Source of the DNA: Nemertoderma westbladi
Taxonomy: Eukaryota; Animalia; Xenacoelomorpha
DNA length: 64,000 nt
Assembly: GCA_032718475.1 (NCBI GenBank)
Contig: JAUCBJ010009039.1
Location: 1-64,000 of the forward strand
Direction: 5' to 3'
Every line of letters begins with the position of its first letter. The first letter of the stretch is position 1. Of the stretch, positions 37,501-47,500 are shown piece after piece. The position numbers and the translations under genes were made by a program. The notes under the pieces are model-generated. The model made no database searches. It was not told where the DNA came from and worked only from the letters and a program-made list of their open reading frames with translations.

Positions 37501-40500
37501 CCTACCCTCTACCACCGACCCCTACCCTCTACCACCGGCCCCTACCCTCTACCACCGGCCCCTACCCTCTACCACCGACCCCTACCCTCTACCACCGACC
37601 CCTACCCTCTACCACCCAGGATTCTACGGCCCCTACCCTCTACCACCCATTCAGTATTTCCCCCCAACACACCTGTCCCAGAAGAAGCATATGGCAGACT
37701 TGCACGAGAAGGAAATACACTTTAAGACTCTCCCATTTAACTGCGTGTACTTGTAGTTGGTCGAGTAACGTACCAGCGGTAACCAAAACCGATTGCACAG
37801 CAGACACCTTGCGCTCTATTAGCAGAACCTGCGATGGAAAAAAACACGCATTCACTAAACAATTTATTCAACAAATAATTAGTAAATATGTCAGAAAGGC
37901 CAGAAAAAAACATTCTACACAAATCATTGGCAGCGTGATATAAAGTATACTGTTAAGTACGTTGCGATGAGGATGTCTAATAAACGAAGGTCACACCGCA
38001 ATGTCTTAAAAATATTTATGTACCGGTATATATAACAAACATTTTCTAAGTTTCGTTGGGCACAGCTTTGCAAAGTAGACAATGACGTCCAGGTGGGATC
38101 GCTGAAAGGCGGCCACGGGCCAAGTACTGTTGGGTTGAGCACAGTGGCAGCATATGATGGTATTGACAGACGGGAGGCCATGAACAGGTCAATTGCGAAC
38201 ATCCAAGATATCAGATAGTATTTCCAGGTCTATCTTTTACCTGAGCCGCTAGCTAAATGGTTAGAGCGTCAGACTTCCAACCCGGAGGTCACCAGTTCGA
38301 TCCCACCTGGACGTCATTGCCGACTTTGCAAAAAGCTGTGCCCAACATAAAGTTATAATAATATGAAACCACTCATTCACCCATAACATCAATAATAAAT
38401 TATAAAACATTTTCTGTAATATATGTACCGCAGTGTTATGCATTTACTTCTGGCCAAAAGCAATCTCTAGAGAGAAATACATTTGAATGGGTTTTTAATA
38501 TGAAAAAAAGTAATTAATATTGAACTTTTAATTGAGTGGTTGATAGGCATGCACACAGGGTGCGAAACTAGCATAGGCCTATTATAGTCACATTCCTATA
38601 TTCCTATTGGTCACATCCCTGGCCTAAAGTATACCTTTATATCTCGCTGCGAAAAAGAATTATATTGAACCGGTACGTGTATGAATAAGGAAACGTACCA
38701 TAGCCCTACTGATAAGGAACAACGTGCGAGCGTAATGGGCGCCTACGCTGGAGGCGTAATCAGCAGCCACAGCTAGCAGATCGTCAGCCTGTTCGAAGTC
38801 CCGTTGGTCCAGATATAGCTGGGAGAGTTGGAGCAGCAGACGGAGGTGCCAGTAGGATGAGGAGCTACTCACGGTCAAGGCTTCCCGTAGCAGACATTGG
38901 GAAGCGCTTACTCGGCCCTGGAACAGTACCGGTAACAATGTTGGAAACACTACTTAACTACTTGTGTAGGTGCGAATCAATATTGCTTTAAACGTTAGTG
39001 AACATTATTCCACGAAGCTAAGGAAAATCAACTACTTTTGCTAAGAAAGATTTTCCTTAGCTGAGATGGTGTATTCATAGTGGGCTATTTTACTTTGTGT
39101 GGGGCAGATTTGGTTTTTTTTTTATTCCGGCCAAAAAAACCGCCCAAACTTAATAGTACCCTGAAATTTTGCATATATATACTACTCGCCAAGGCGCATC
39201 GTGTGGGATGGGTCTCATATCTGGGAAAAATATGGTTTCCATGGCAACATACGTAGAAAAAGTCTATGTATTTCAAGTCAATACTTATAACTCTATTTGT
39301 AGGAAAACTCTAATAGATATAAACTTGGGGTTTCTCAACTCAACTATAAGGGCCATAAGCGAGCAGATTGGGGTAAATTAAAAAATCCTGTTACCATGGC
39401 AACCAGGCTAAACAGATGATCAAATTTATAAAATGATAATTTGAAACACAAGTTAATAGTATTATGACTTGGGACCAAGACCTACCCCCACTATATGACT
39501 TATTCTGCATCCGAATTACATTATTCTATTTTCAGTTTCCATAACAACCACTGCAAATGAATTTCGATAGAAAATCGGTAAATTGTACATAAACTACAAT
39601 ATTTTCTGAAACTCGTTATGTGTTATCTGAACCACAATCTGGACTAAATCTTTTTTCAAAGGTTAAACCAACAGTACCAGAGAACTCTAGTTTCCATGGG
39701 AATAGAAGTTATTTATTGGCAAATGCCACTAAACTAGGCTAAGCAACGAACCAAAGTGTGGCCGTTTGTTTAATTTTCCTTAGCTTCGTGGTTGCATTTC
39801 CTTTAGGAAATGCCTTTCTAGTAGATAGTTACCATGGAAACTGGCTTTATTTAGTTTAAATCATTGAAGTCTATATGAATAACTCTATTTGTACTAAAAC
39901 CATAATAGATAGAAACTTGAGGTTCTCAAATCAACTATACGGTTCATCACCGAGCCAACTGTGGTTATTCAGAAAATCCCATTACCGTGGCAACAGGCTA
40001 AACATATGTTCAAATTTATATAATGATAATTTTAAGCATATGGTTAAGGTATTAAGACTTGGGACCAACACCTGCCCTCCCTCACTATATCACTCATTCT
40101 GCATTGTTAAATTTCTGAGTTTCCATGACAACCACTGCAAGCAGACGTTTTAATAAATAAATAATTAATTTTGGACATCAACTACTCAATGAAACTGCTT
40201 TGAAGTCGATATATGTTTCATCTGGAACCACAAACCAGACTTAATGTAAAATAGAGCAGTTCTAGAAAACTCCTGTTGCCATGGTAATGGGAGTTTAATT
40301 AAGGCAAATGCCCCTTATAATTAGGGAAAGCAATGAACTGATGAGTCAAAGTGTGTTTAATTTTCCTTAGCTTCGAGGTTGCTTTTCCTTTAGGAAATGC
40401 CTTTCTAGTATCACGGGAAGTAATCTAAGTCACTATAAAAAAGTAATGTCGCCCACCGAAGGAAATTGATATCACTAAGGGTGTTTTTTTGGATTAATCG

Positions 40501-41986
40501 TTTTCTCAGTGTGAGAGCTGAAGAAAATGTATTGTAAAAAGATGACGACGGGTGGGTTTCGATTCCGAACCCGTGTAATGTACAGGGGACTAACGGACTG
40601 ACTACACCTACTCCTACTGGGCTGGGAAATATTGCAATCGGAGAATCTTTAAAGGTAACGTCGTAAAACACAGAAGGACGGCTCAAACACTAATTTTTTT
40701 CCCGTCTTCCAGACGCTTTTAATATATAAAAATGTATCATACAGTACATACAATAAAAATAGAGTGGGAAATTCAAATTCAAAGTAAATAATTATCAACC
40801 CTTAGGCCTACAGTCTCATAGCCAACCCCCTGAGTCTGCGTTAGACAGGATGATCGACGTGTCGGCGACCTGGTGGACGGGGCGGTTACGGGCGGAGCGC
40901 GAACCCCGGAGACACATCAGGCTCGCCGACCAATCAGCTCAAACACTAATTGAAAGTATTATGGGAACCAAACGACTTTATTATTTAATACTTTTATTTA
41001 TTTGGGATCTATAAACTTGTGAACTCCACCGAGAAGCAAATATTTGAAGCATTGCTGTATTTTAGGTCTGTGTCGTTCTCGCTATGTAGGCCTATGCACC
41101 AAGTTTTATTTTAGAGAAATTGAGAAAATTATATGACGAAGAAAACTGGTATATATACCCTTTAGTATTCTGACTGCTGAAATAATCAGATAGCTAAATA
41201 CAACTTCGGGCATTGAAACTGCAGGTTCTCTAGGTCTAGGCGCAGGTAGGTTGTGAAGGATCGGTGAATGGGCAAAGAATGGAATGGAAGGAAAAGGAAC
41301 CAAAACAGTAAACAAAAGTTAACAAAATATTATTTAAAAATTTTTCATTATTATTTTATATTATTTTTATATTATAATGTAATGTAAGACTGAATATCTA
41401 TTTTATATGCGTGGTATATATATGGTACTACCGGTTAATGTTTAATAACGGTATATAGTAGGATATTAGGCCAACCTGTTGTTGCTGAATACGGGCCAGT
41501 AGAGATGCCGCTTCCAGTCCATTGGCGATCTCCGAATCAACGATCTGAAATTAAATGACAAAATGATAGCTATTCTCTTTTGCTTCACATATACGAAAAC
41601 GCTGAGTCAATGGGTCATGTACAGTGAACACCTCTCCAACCAGACACTATACAGCATTGGATGTGTGGCTAGGGTACGGGATAGGCCTAGATGATGGGCT
41701 TCCCTTCCACGCCCCTTCTCTAAATGATGGAACTTACCTTACTATTGATTACATACTTCCAGGCCTCTTCTAGATGATGTTTACACAGATCGATGTTTCT
41801 CGTGTTTTCGTGAAGCAGCAAGGCGAGATGTAAATGAGCCATGCAACTCGAACCAGGGGTACAATTTAATGTGGTAACAGTTTCCAAACAATGAATGGAA
41901 AGGCGTATGTGTTCTGGATGGAGGGTTCCTCTCAAACTATCAACCACCCCAAACAGACAGATAGCTGCATCATTGTCGTCAGCCAT
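22507..41986 (-). CDS. MAU2: MAU2/Scc4 cohesin loader subunit, complete gene, 11 coding exons, about 605 aa
   Basis: Exons 41986-41738, 41544-41476, 38917-38699, 37828-37673, 36375-36126, 32854-32751, 31486-31268, 31069-30939, 28292-28080, 27277-27160, 22596-22507. All introns are GT-AG with consistent phases and the exons total 1818 nt. Motifs [44 protein letters not shown] and WIDGP match MAU2. Confidence 0.95.
22837..22905 (-). mobile_element. tRNA-derived SINE head or tRNA pseudogene
   Basis: A box TAGTATAGTGG and B box GTTCGAATCC at tRNA-like spacing; cloverleaf not intact. Confidence 0.6.
23454..24455. mobile_element. hAT-type MITE with 8-bp TSD
   Basis: Perfect 18-bp TIR TAGAGTTGAAACAGAGAC; TSD GTTCTCAG at 23446-23453 and 24456-24463. 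Confidence 0.9.
25251..27065 (-). mobile_element. Helentron/DINE-1/pearl-like non-autonomous element with a (GTC)n microsatellite and ~146-bp core repeats
   Basis: 5' ATTGTGGGGCGAGCCACGAAGT; microsatellite at 26927-26985; nine units at 25609-26805 including a 292-bp higher-order dimer; inverted ACTTCGTG near 25510; imperfect hairpin plus CTAG at 25251-25290. Boundaries are approximate. Confidence 0.65.
27160..27277 (-). CDS. MAU2: MAU2 coding exon 10
   Basis: ACGDWQNEQ...[18 protein letters not shown]; donor GAG|GTGAGA. Confidence 0.85.
28080..28292 (-). CDS. MAU2: MAU2 coding exon 9
   Basis: [30 protein letters not shown]...[11 protein letters not shown]...[12 protein letters not shown]. 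Confidence 0.93.
28415..30438. mobile_element. hAT-type MITE with (GATAC)n subterminal repeats, interrupted by an RTE LINE
   Basis: TIR CAGGKACAGGATACGATACG; TSD CTAACGGC at 28407-28414 and 30439-30446. Confidence 0.9.
28577..29680 (-). mobile_element. 5'-truncated RTE-clade LINE (RT and C-terminus) with (TAG)n tail
   Basis: ORF 28586-29437 with [10 protein letters not shown] and FQYLGSWI; upstream VDFKKAFDS and [10 protein letters not shown] in shifted frames. Confidence 0.95.
30455..30760. repeat. ~51-55-bp GC-rich tandem repeat, about 6 copies
   Basis: Recurrent CAGATCTCGCGGTCCGCCACACACAGTGCCGACGGATCCAGCAACATAGCGCCCC. Confidence 0.85.
30939..31069 (-). CDS. MAU2: MAU2 coding exon 8
   Basis: [16 protein letters not shown]...[23 protein letters not shown], read in a frame other than the one in the ORF track. 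Confidence 0.9.
31268..31486 (-). CDS. MAU2: MAU2 coding exon 7
   Basis: [29 protein letters not shown]...[13 protein letters not shown]; 219 nt. Confidence 0.93.
31655..32810 (-). repeat. 64-bp tandem array (18 copies) made from the 3' end of MAU2 exon 6 plus its donor
   Basis: Donor-adjacent positions run from 32751 to 31663, which is 17 x 64 bp; unit TAATGGCGAG...ATAGACGAG|GTAAGTTGGGAACASAG. Confidence 0.97.
32751..32854 (-). CDS. MAU2: MAU2 coding exon 6
   Basis: [34 protein letters not shown]; donor GAG|GTAAGT. Confidence 0.9.
33019..33915. mobile_element. TTAA-flanked MITE (Kolobok/piggyBac-like) with poly-G/poly-C termini
   Basis: TTAA|G-run GTGCCCCCTC ... GAGGGGGTAC C-run|TTAA. Confidence 0.75.
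34471..35040. repeat. 56-58-bp tandem repeat, about 10 copies
   Basis: GCCTAAACTACGCCGACTTTGGATAAGCTTGTAGACCGCGGAAAATGTAGCCCCGA. Confidence 0.92.
36126..36375 (-). CDS. MAU2: MAU2 coding exon 5
   Basis: [17 protein letters not shown]...[15 protein letters not shown]...[18 protein letters not shown]; 250 nt. Confidence 0.93.
36524..37647. repeat. 20-bp minisatellite (GRCCCCTACCCTCTACCACC), about 55 copies, filling most of MAU2 intron 4
   Basis: Seen directly; G-rich on the MAU2 sense strand. Confidence 0.96.
37673..37828 (-). CDS. MAU2: MAU2 coding exon 4
   Basis: VLLIERK...[20 protein letters not shown]; 156 nt. Confidence 0.9.
38243..38315 (+). mobile_element. tRNA-derived SINE head (tRNA-Gly-like)
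   Basis: A box TAGCTAAATGG, loop CTTCCAA, B box GTTCGATCC; anticodon and acceptor stems mismatched, so not a functional tRNA. Confidence 0.65.
38699..38917 (-). CDS. MAU2: MAU2 coding exon 3
   Basis: [13 protein letters not shown]...[12 protein letters not shown]; GT-AG bounded, 219 nt. Confidence 0.9.
39004..40408 (+). mobile_element. Helentron/Helitron-like element with a duplicated 3' portion
   Basis: 5' CCACGAAGCTAAGGAAAAT is inverted at the subterminal ATTTTCCTTAGCTTCGTGG; hairpin GCATTTCCT-TT-AGGAAATGC plus CTAG|T ends at 39821 and recurs (one mismatch) ending at 40408. Confidence 0.8.
41476..41544 (-). CDS. MAU2: MAU2 coding exon 2
   Basis: [23 protein letters not shown] (EAASLL motif); TTTCAG acceptor, CAG|GT donor. 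Confidence 0.85.
41738..41986 (-). CDS. MAU2: MAU2 coding exon 1
   Basis: ATG at 41986; [13 protein letters not shown]...IRLSIHCL...[26 protein letters not shown]; donor AAG|GTAAGT. Confidence 0.88.
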
Positions 41987-42655
41987 CAAACAGTTTTAAT
42001 TTACACACAACCGAATCTATACAACACCAAATACCAACTTCCCACTACGATGACAATAAAGTTCGTATGTTGTAAATTGCAGTACCGGTATTAATCCAAT
42101 GCATGCAGCACAGAGGCCACACCCAACATCTTTTCCTTAGATAATTGCAATCAAAAATAGACATCGCGATCGCGGTATATGACTTACAGTACAGCAGTAC
42201 AAACACTGAATAAATATATATGCCAGGCCTATGGGCTATTTGAATAACTAACAATTGAATGGTAATAATAAGAAATAAGGCCTAATACTGAAATAGGCTA
42301 ATAATTCATTTAAAAAGTTTATTTTATCATACAGTCATAGGTCAACTGTCATGTCATAAAGACCTACGACATGACAGTCATAGCCTCATAGGTCTTTAGT
42401 TGTAAGAGTAGGCCTACTTCATACCGGTGTAACAGAGAATTTTCACTCCCGACTACCCGAAGCAAAAACACCCCCCGGTTGAAATTCCCTAGTGTATTTT
42501 AACACCCTCCAGGCTCCAGCAGTCCAGTGAAAAATCACCCCCTGACTGCCTGATCCCCGCATTTGTCCATTTTCCACTCTCTCAGTCTCTGTGCAAATCC
42601 ATCCTGCCATCCCCACCCCCGGTTAAATTTCCCTCTAGTGTCTGAGTGTATTCCG

Positions 42656-43592
42656 GTCCGACGAATCTGTACAAAATAGTACAATATAGTACAAAAGAGT
42701 ACAATAAAGTGCAAAAATAGTACAAAGGAGTGCAAAAATAGTACAAAAGAGTACAGACGAGTGAGAAACGCATACAAAGCGTGTATACCAGTGTAGTCTA
42801 CACTACACTACACTTTTATATAAATATAATTAATTGTAAGCAAATGCAACGGGACCGAAATATGCGCCGCTACAGTGTCAATCACTAGCATGACTAGCGG
42901 CCTTGGTTCTGTGGTCAGTATGAAATGATTGCCTGAACTTTGATTCATGTAGATTTTGACTGGCTAACAATATATATCTAACAAGTAGAAATAGGCTACA
43001 GTTCGTATAATACAATAGGCCTATAACATATAATGCAATACTATGCAGTGCTGCACTCGCTGCAGTGGGTAGATAAAACTCCTATAACTGAGACTCAAAA
43101 TTTAGGTCATAGTCTTAAAGTAGCCCATATACTGGAAAGATAGACTGTATGCTACATTATGTAGGCTATGTATGTCTGTATGTACGCCTCTATCTGCAAC
43201 TTTATTGAGTTCTCCCTCTGCAATTTTGCGGTCTTGGGACCGTTTTTTGTGTTTTTTGAACACAAAGGGATGCATTAAAACTCATAAGATTGTATTGTAA
43301 TCGGAGTCTACTCTCTGACTGCTAGATCAGCCCCCGCTCAATGCATGGCTCGCCCCACAATTAGACAATGCTTTGTTTTATTTTGCACATCATGTGCGCC
43401 CCTCTAAACGATTTGAACTACACTTGGATAGGCCTACACGTTTTGCAAGCGTTTCTCACTCGTTTGTACTATTTTTGCACTCTTTTGTAATATTTTTGCA
43501 CTTTATTGTACTCTTTTGTATTCTTTTGTACTACTGTACTATATTGTACTATTTTGTATTTTTTTGTACTTTTTTGTACAAATTCGTCGGAC
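42656..43592. mobile_element. Foldback-type MITE with ~115-145-bp internally repetitive TIRs
   Basis: GTCCGACGAATCTGTACAAAA...GAGTGAGAAACGC (42656-42771) is inverted at 43449-43592. Confidence 0.8.
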
Positions 43593-44378
43593 AGCGCTCC
43601 GCCCCCTCAGCTGAGTGCCCCCCAGCAATGATGGTTTGTTGAAGGTGGCTGGGGGCCAGTGGATCTAGTAATAATTAACGCAAAGATATGATTAGGTAGG
43701 CCTACGTGATATTAGTTTCTCAAACCAAACCTATCCATCCATTGACGTCCAAATATATCCATACTACTGCTGTAGCCTACTGTACTAATTCAGTAGGCCC
43801 CCTATGTCTGTATGTCCGTATGTAATAATGTACGCTGTAATGCAGTAATGCAATACCGGTAATGTCAATGTCCAACCAAACAATGCGTTGAGTGTTATCG
43901 GACCAGCCTCCAAGAAATGTTAGGCTAACGGCACCTCGCTCTGTCGCATCAGTTTTTGTAGTGGTCTAGTTCAGTAGTTCCAGGCTACCAGAATCCGTTA
44001 GGCCTAGTGCATGATATAGAATCAGCACATCCTGACATCTGTGCAACTCCTGACACCTGAACTCACGCGAGCATTTTACAGTTTTACAGGTGGTGGTCTA
44101 ATTTATATGGTCTTGTACCGCGAAACCCCGAAACCGTGTATTATTTACAGATGTAGGCTAAATTTCTGGTCTTGTACCGTGCACAGTACAGCAGTACTGG
44201 TGGTGGTGGGCCTACCTACACAGCTACTGCTATTTTGCCTAATACTGTAATACAGGTCCCAGAGGTAAATCCTTACACCACGGGCTGTTACCTCTCTGAC
44301 TGACAGCGCAACAGCCCTCTCTCCGTCACAATGTATTTTGAGAGTGGCGGTCCGAAACCCTAATTAAAGTGGAAATGG

Positions 44379-44527
44379 AGGCCCAAAACCTTAATTAAAA
44401 CTGTCATGTAACCCCAACCTTAAATATTTTGGATCCAAATTCCATAAAATTTCTTACATTAGAGCATCGGGACTTTAAGGTTAGGCTATAGGGTTACTAA
44501 TGACAGTTTTACTTAGGGTTTGGGCCT
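44379..44527. mobile_element. Small palindromic MITE abutting the CR1 3' tail
   Basis: GGCCCAAAACCTTAATTAAAACTGTCAT ... ATGACAGTTTTACTTAGGGTTTTGGGCC. Confidence 0.65.
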
Positions 44528-47500
44528 GAGTTTGAGTTGAGTTTGAGTTCAGTTTATTTATTCCTCAATAAAAACGAAATAATTCATGAGTAATTGCACA
44601 GCAGACTGTAATCTGCTGGGTACTGTGTGGGTGGTCCTCCACTATAGCAAATCGCTAGTTCAGCTTCGGAACACCCACATACCATGGAGGAAAAGGGGTG
44701 TTTGTATATATTTTAGAACACATGACTAAGACCTAATGTAACTGTTGTTGACTGAAATTGTGGCAGTATAAATAGTATGTCAAACATTAAAATATAATTG
44801 GCAAATGCAATGGTATGTAAAATCAGTTGTTGTGAGTGTATATATTATTACTGGTTTGTAAAAATATAAAATCGAGTTTGGCTGGTAATACTGATCTGAA
44901 ATGAAATCTATGGCAGTATCTTGTAATTTTAAGAGATTTTGAGCAAGTAATTCTTAAGTTTTAATTTAAAGATATTCAGACTGGAGCTGCTACGGATATT
45001 TTGTGGCAAGGAGTTCCAGAGTAAAGGGCCTTGAACAGATACAGACTGGTGACGGACAATAAGACGGACATGTGGCAGGTGGTACAGACCAGCGGTGGCA
45101 GAGCGGGTGTTGTAGGAGTGCACTGAAGAAGCCCTGGTGAACAAGTGGGAAAGAGGGTGGGAGGGGTTACTATGAATATCGTACATTAGTGAGAGGACCT
45201 GGAATTGGAAAAGTTGATCTATAGGTAGTATACGTAGTTGTTGGTAGATTGGAAAGGCGGAGGACCGGTAGTGGCTAAATGTAATACATCGTAGAATTTT
45301 ATTTAGTTTTGTTCGCAAAGGTTTGGTGATGGTATTGTAGGTGCCACCCCAGACAATGAGACCATAGTAGATGTATGGATATATTAACGAGTAAAAGAGC
45401 ATCCGTAAAATCTGTGGGCTGAGAATATGACGTAATTTATAGAAAAGACCTCCGGTTCTAGAGATCTTTTTAAGAATGTAGCTTATGTGATTGCGGAATG
45501 TTAAATTATTGTCGATAATTATACCTAGGTACTTAAATGCAGATGTAAATTTTATTGGTTGACTATTAATGGATAGACCGTGAGATTGAGATTGGAATCT
45601 GGAGTTTTTAAATATGGAGTATTCTGTCTTATCAATATTTAACGTTAGTCGGTTGTCACATAGCCAGTCATAGAGCAGGTTAGCGTCGTAATTCATGGAG
45701 TCGATTAGAGGAGTCAGATGGCGGTGTCGTCGCATGAGAGTGGTGTCATCGGCAAAGAGAGTCGCGAGGGAGGATGTGCAGTTAGGTAAGTCATTTATAT
45801 AAAGAAGAAAAAGGACTGGCCCGAGAACCGACCCTTGTGGGATACCACATGAAATGGACCTGAGAGAGGATATAGTGTTATCTATAGATACGCACTGCCT
45901 ACGGTTGGTAAGATAATCAGAAAATAGTGAAAAGGGCGTGCCACGGATACCGTACATTTGTACTTTGCTAAGTAGGATAGAAAAATTAAGCGTGTCGAAC
46001 GCCTTTTTCAAATCAATTAGTAGTAAACAAGAAGAATCGTAATTATCAAGAGCTTCACGTAATGACTCTACAATGTTTATAACAGCCATGGACGTAGTGT
46101 ATTTCTTACGAAAGCCGAACTGATTAGGGGAAATAATTTTAAATTTTTCCAGATAGGATATTAATTGAGAATATATAACAGATTCATAGATTTTATGAAA
46201 TACTGAAAGTAAAGAGATGGGCCTATAGTTGGTAGTCAGGAAGGGGTCGCCACCTTTATAAACTGGAATAACTTTGGATACCTTAATAGAATTAGGAAAG
46301 TGGCCTTGATGGTCTGGCTGCAACCGGAGAGCCAAAGGCTCGACAGAGAATTATGAGGCATAGATACTGCAGCCTATTTAACGGAACATAGAACCCACCA
46401 TCAACACCAACTTCAAACCTCATAATTTATACAGTCTAGAGACCTACCTATCAAGTAGGCACTTTGCTTTGATCTTTTTTAGGTCGATTTTTAAAGGATT
46501 TTTCCAGGAGAACGGCGAAAGCTAGAACGATTCTGTTTGCGCGATCTGGTAGATGGCCCTAGCGCGATAGCTAGGAGTTTTTGTGGAAAAAATCTGTTAA
46601 TTAATTAATTAGTAATTAGCGATTAAAGATTTCTAATTGATTTATCTCGAAAAGTATTTGGTTTTTCCCCTAGCAACGGTGTTTTTTTTTGTTCATCTCG
46701 GTAAGATCTAAAAAAAGTTCAGTCATCGCTATGGCCCTCCTATTACTGTTAATTAGTACTAATTAGCCGAAAACTAATTAGCGTCGTAACTCGAAAACAC
46801 TAAGAGCTATGAAAAAACGTAACATCACAAAGTTGTTCGGAATTTTATTCTACACAAAAAAGTCTCTGGCGCCGATGCCGTATCTCCTACCGTTAATTAG
46901 TAATTAACTAATTACTTAATTACCTAATTGGCGGGGGGGCTTTGCCCCCCCGTCCCCCAAATCCTTATTCACAAGGTGTATCAAAGCGGTTTACTATTTT
47001 ACAAATGATAATTACTCTAAAATCTTTTGAATCGAACTAATTAACGATTTTACTAATTAGTAAAGTTCCCCAAATTAATTAATAATTTATCCACTCCAGC
47101 TGCAATTAATTAAACAGCTGAGTCGTCAGCCTGGTTTGATGAACTTGATGAAATCATAAAGTCAGTAGTTGCTGTATGCCATTACTGACTAAAACTATAT
47201 ACCAAGCACCTCTTGCCGGTAGCTATCTCCACAGTCTGTAGTGAGCACCGGTGCAGGTATGGTAGGCCTACATGTATGGCATATTTAGTGGAGGTTCTTT
47301 TGGCAGATAGGCCTAGTCAAAACGTTACATCAGATGCCGTATTTTAGTCAAAACGTACCCTATCTTCATATAGTTGAGTATTGTCAATACAGGAATATCC
47401 AAGTACTGGGTACTCCTGTACTTAGTATACCCATCTGCCCATGTACAGTAACTGGCTGATAGTTACCCTTAGTTTGTAGGCTATAGATGATTGACGTTTC

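Noticed and set aside
38243-38315. Functional tRNA-Gly gene
   Set aside because: Stems do not pair; treated as a SINE head
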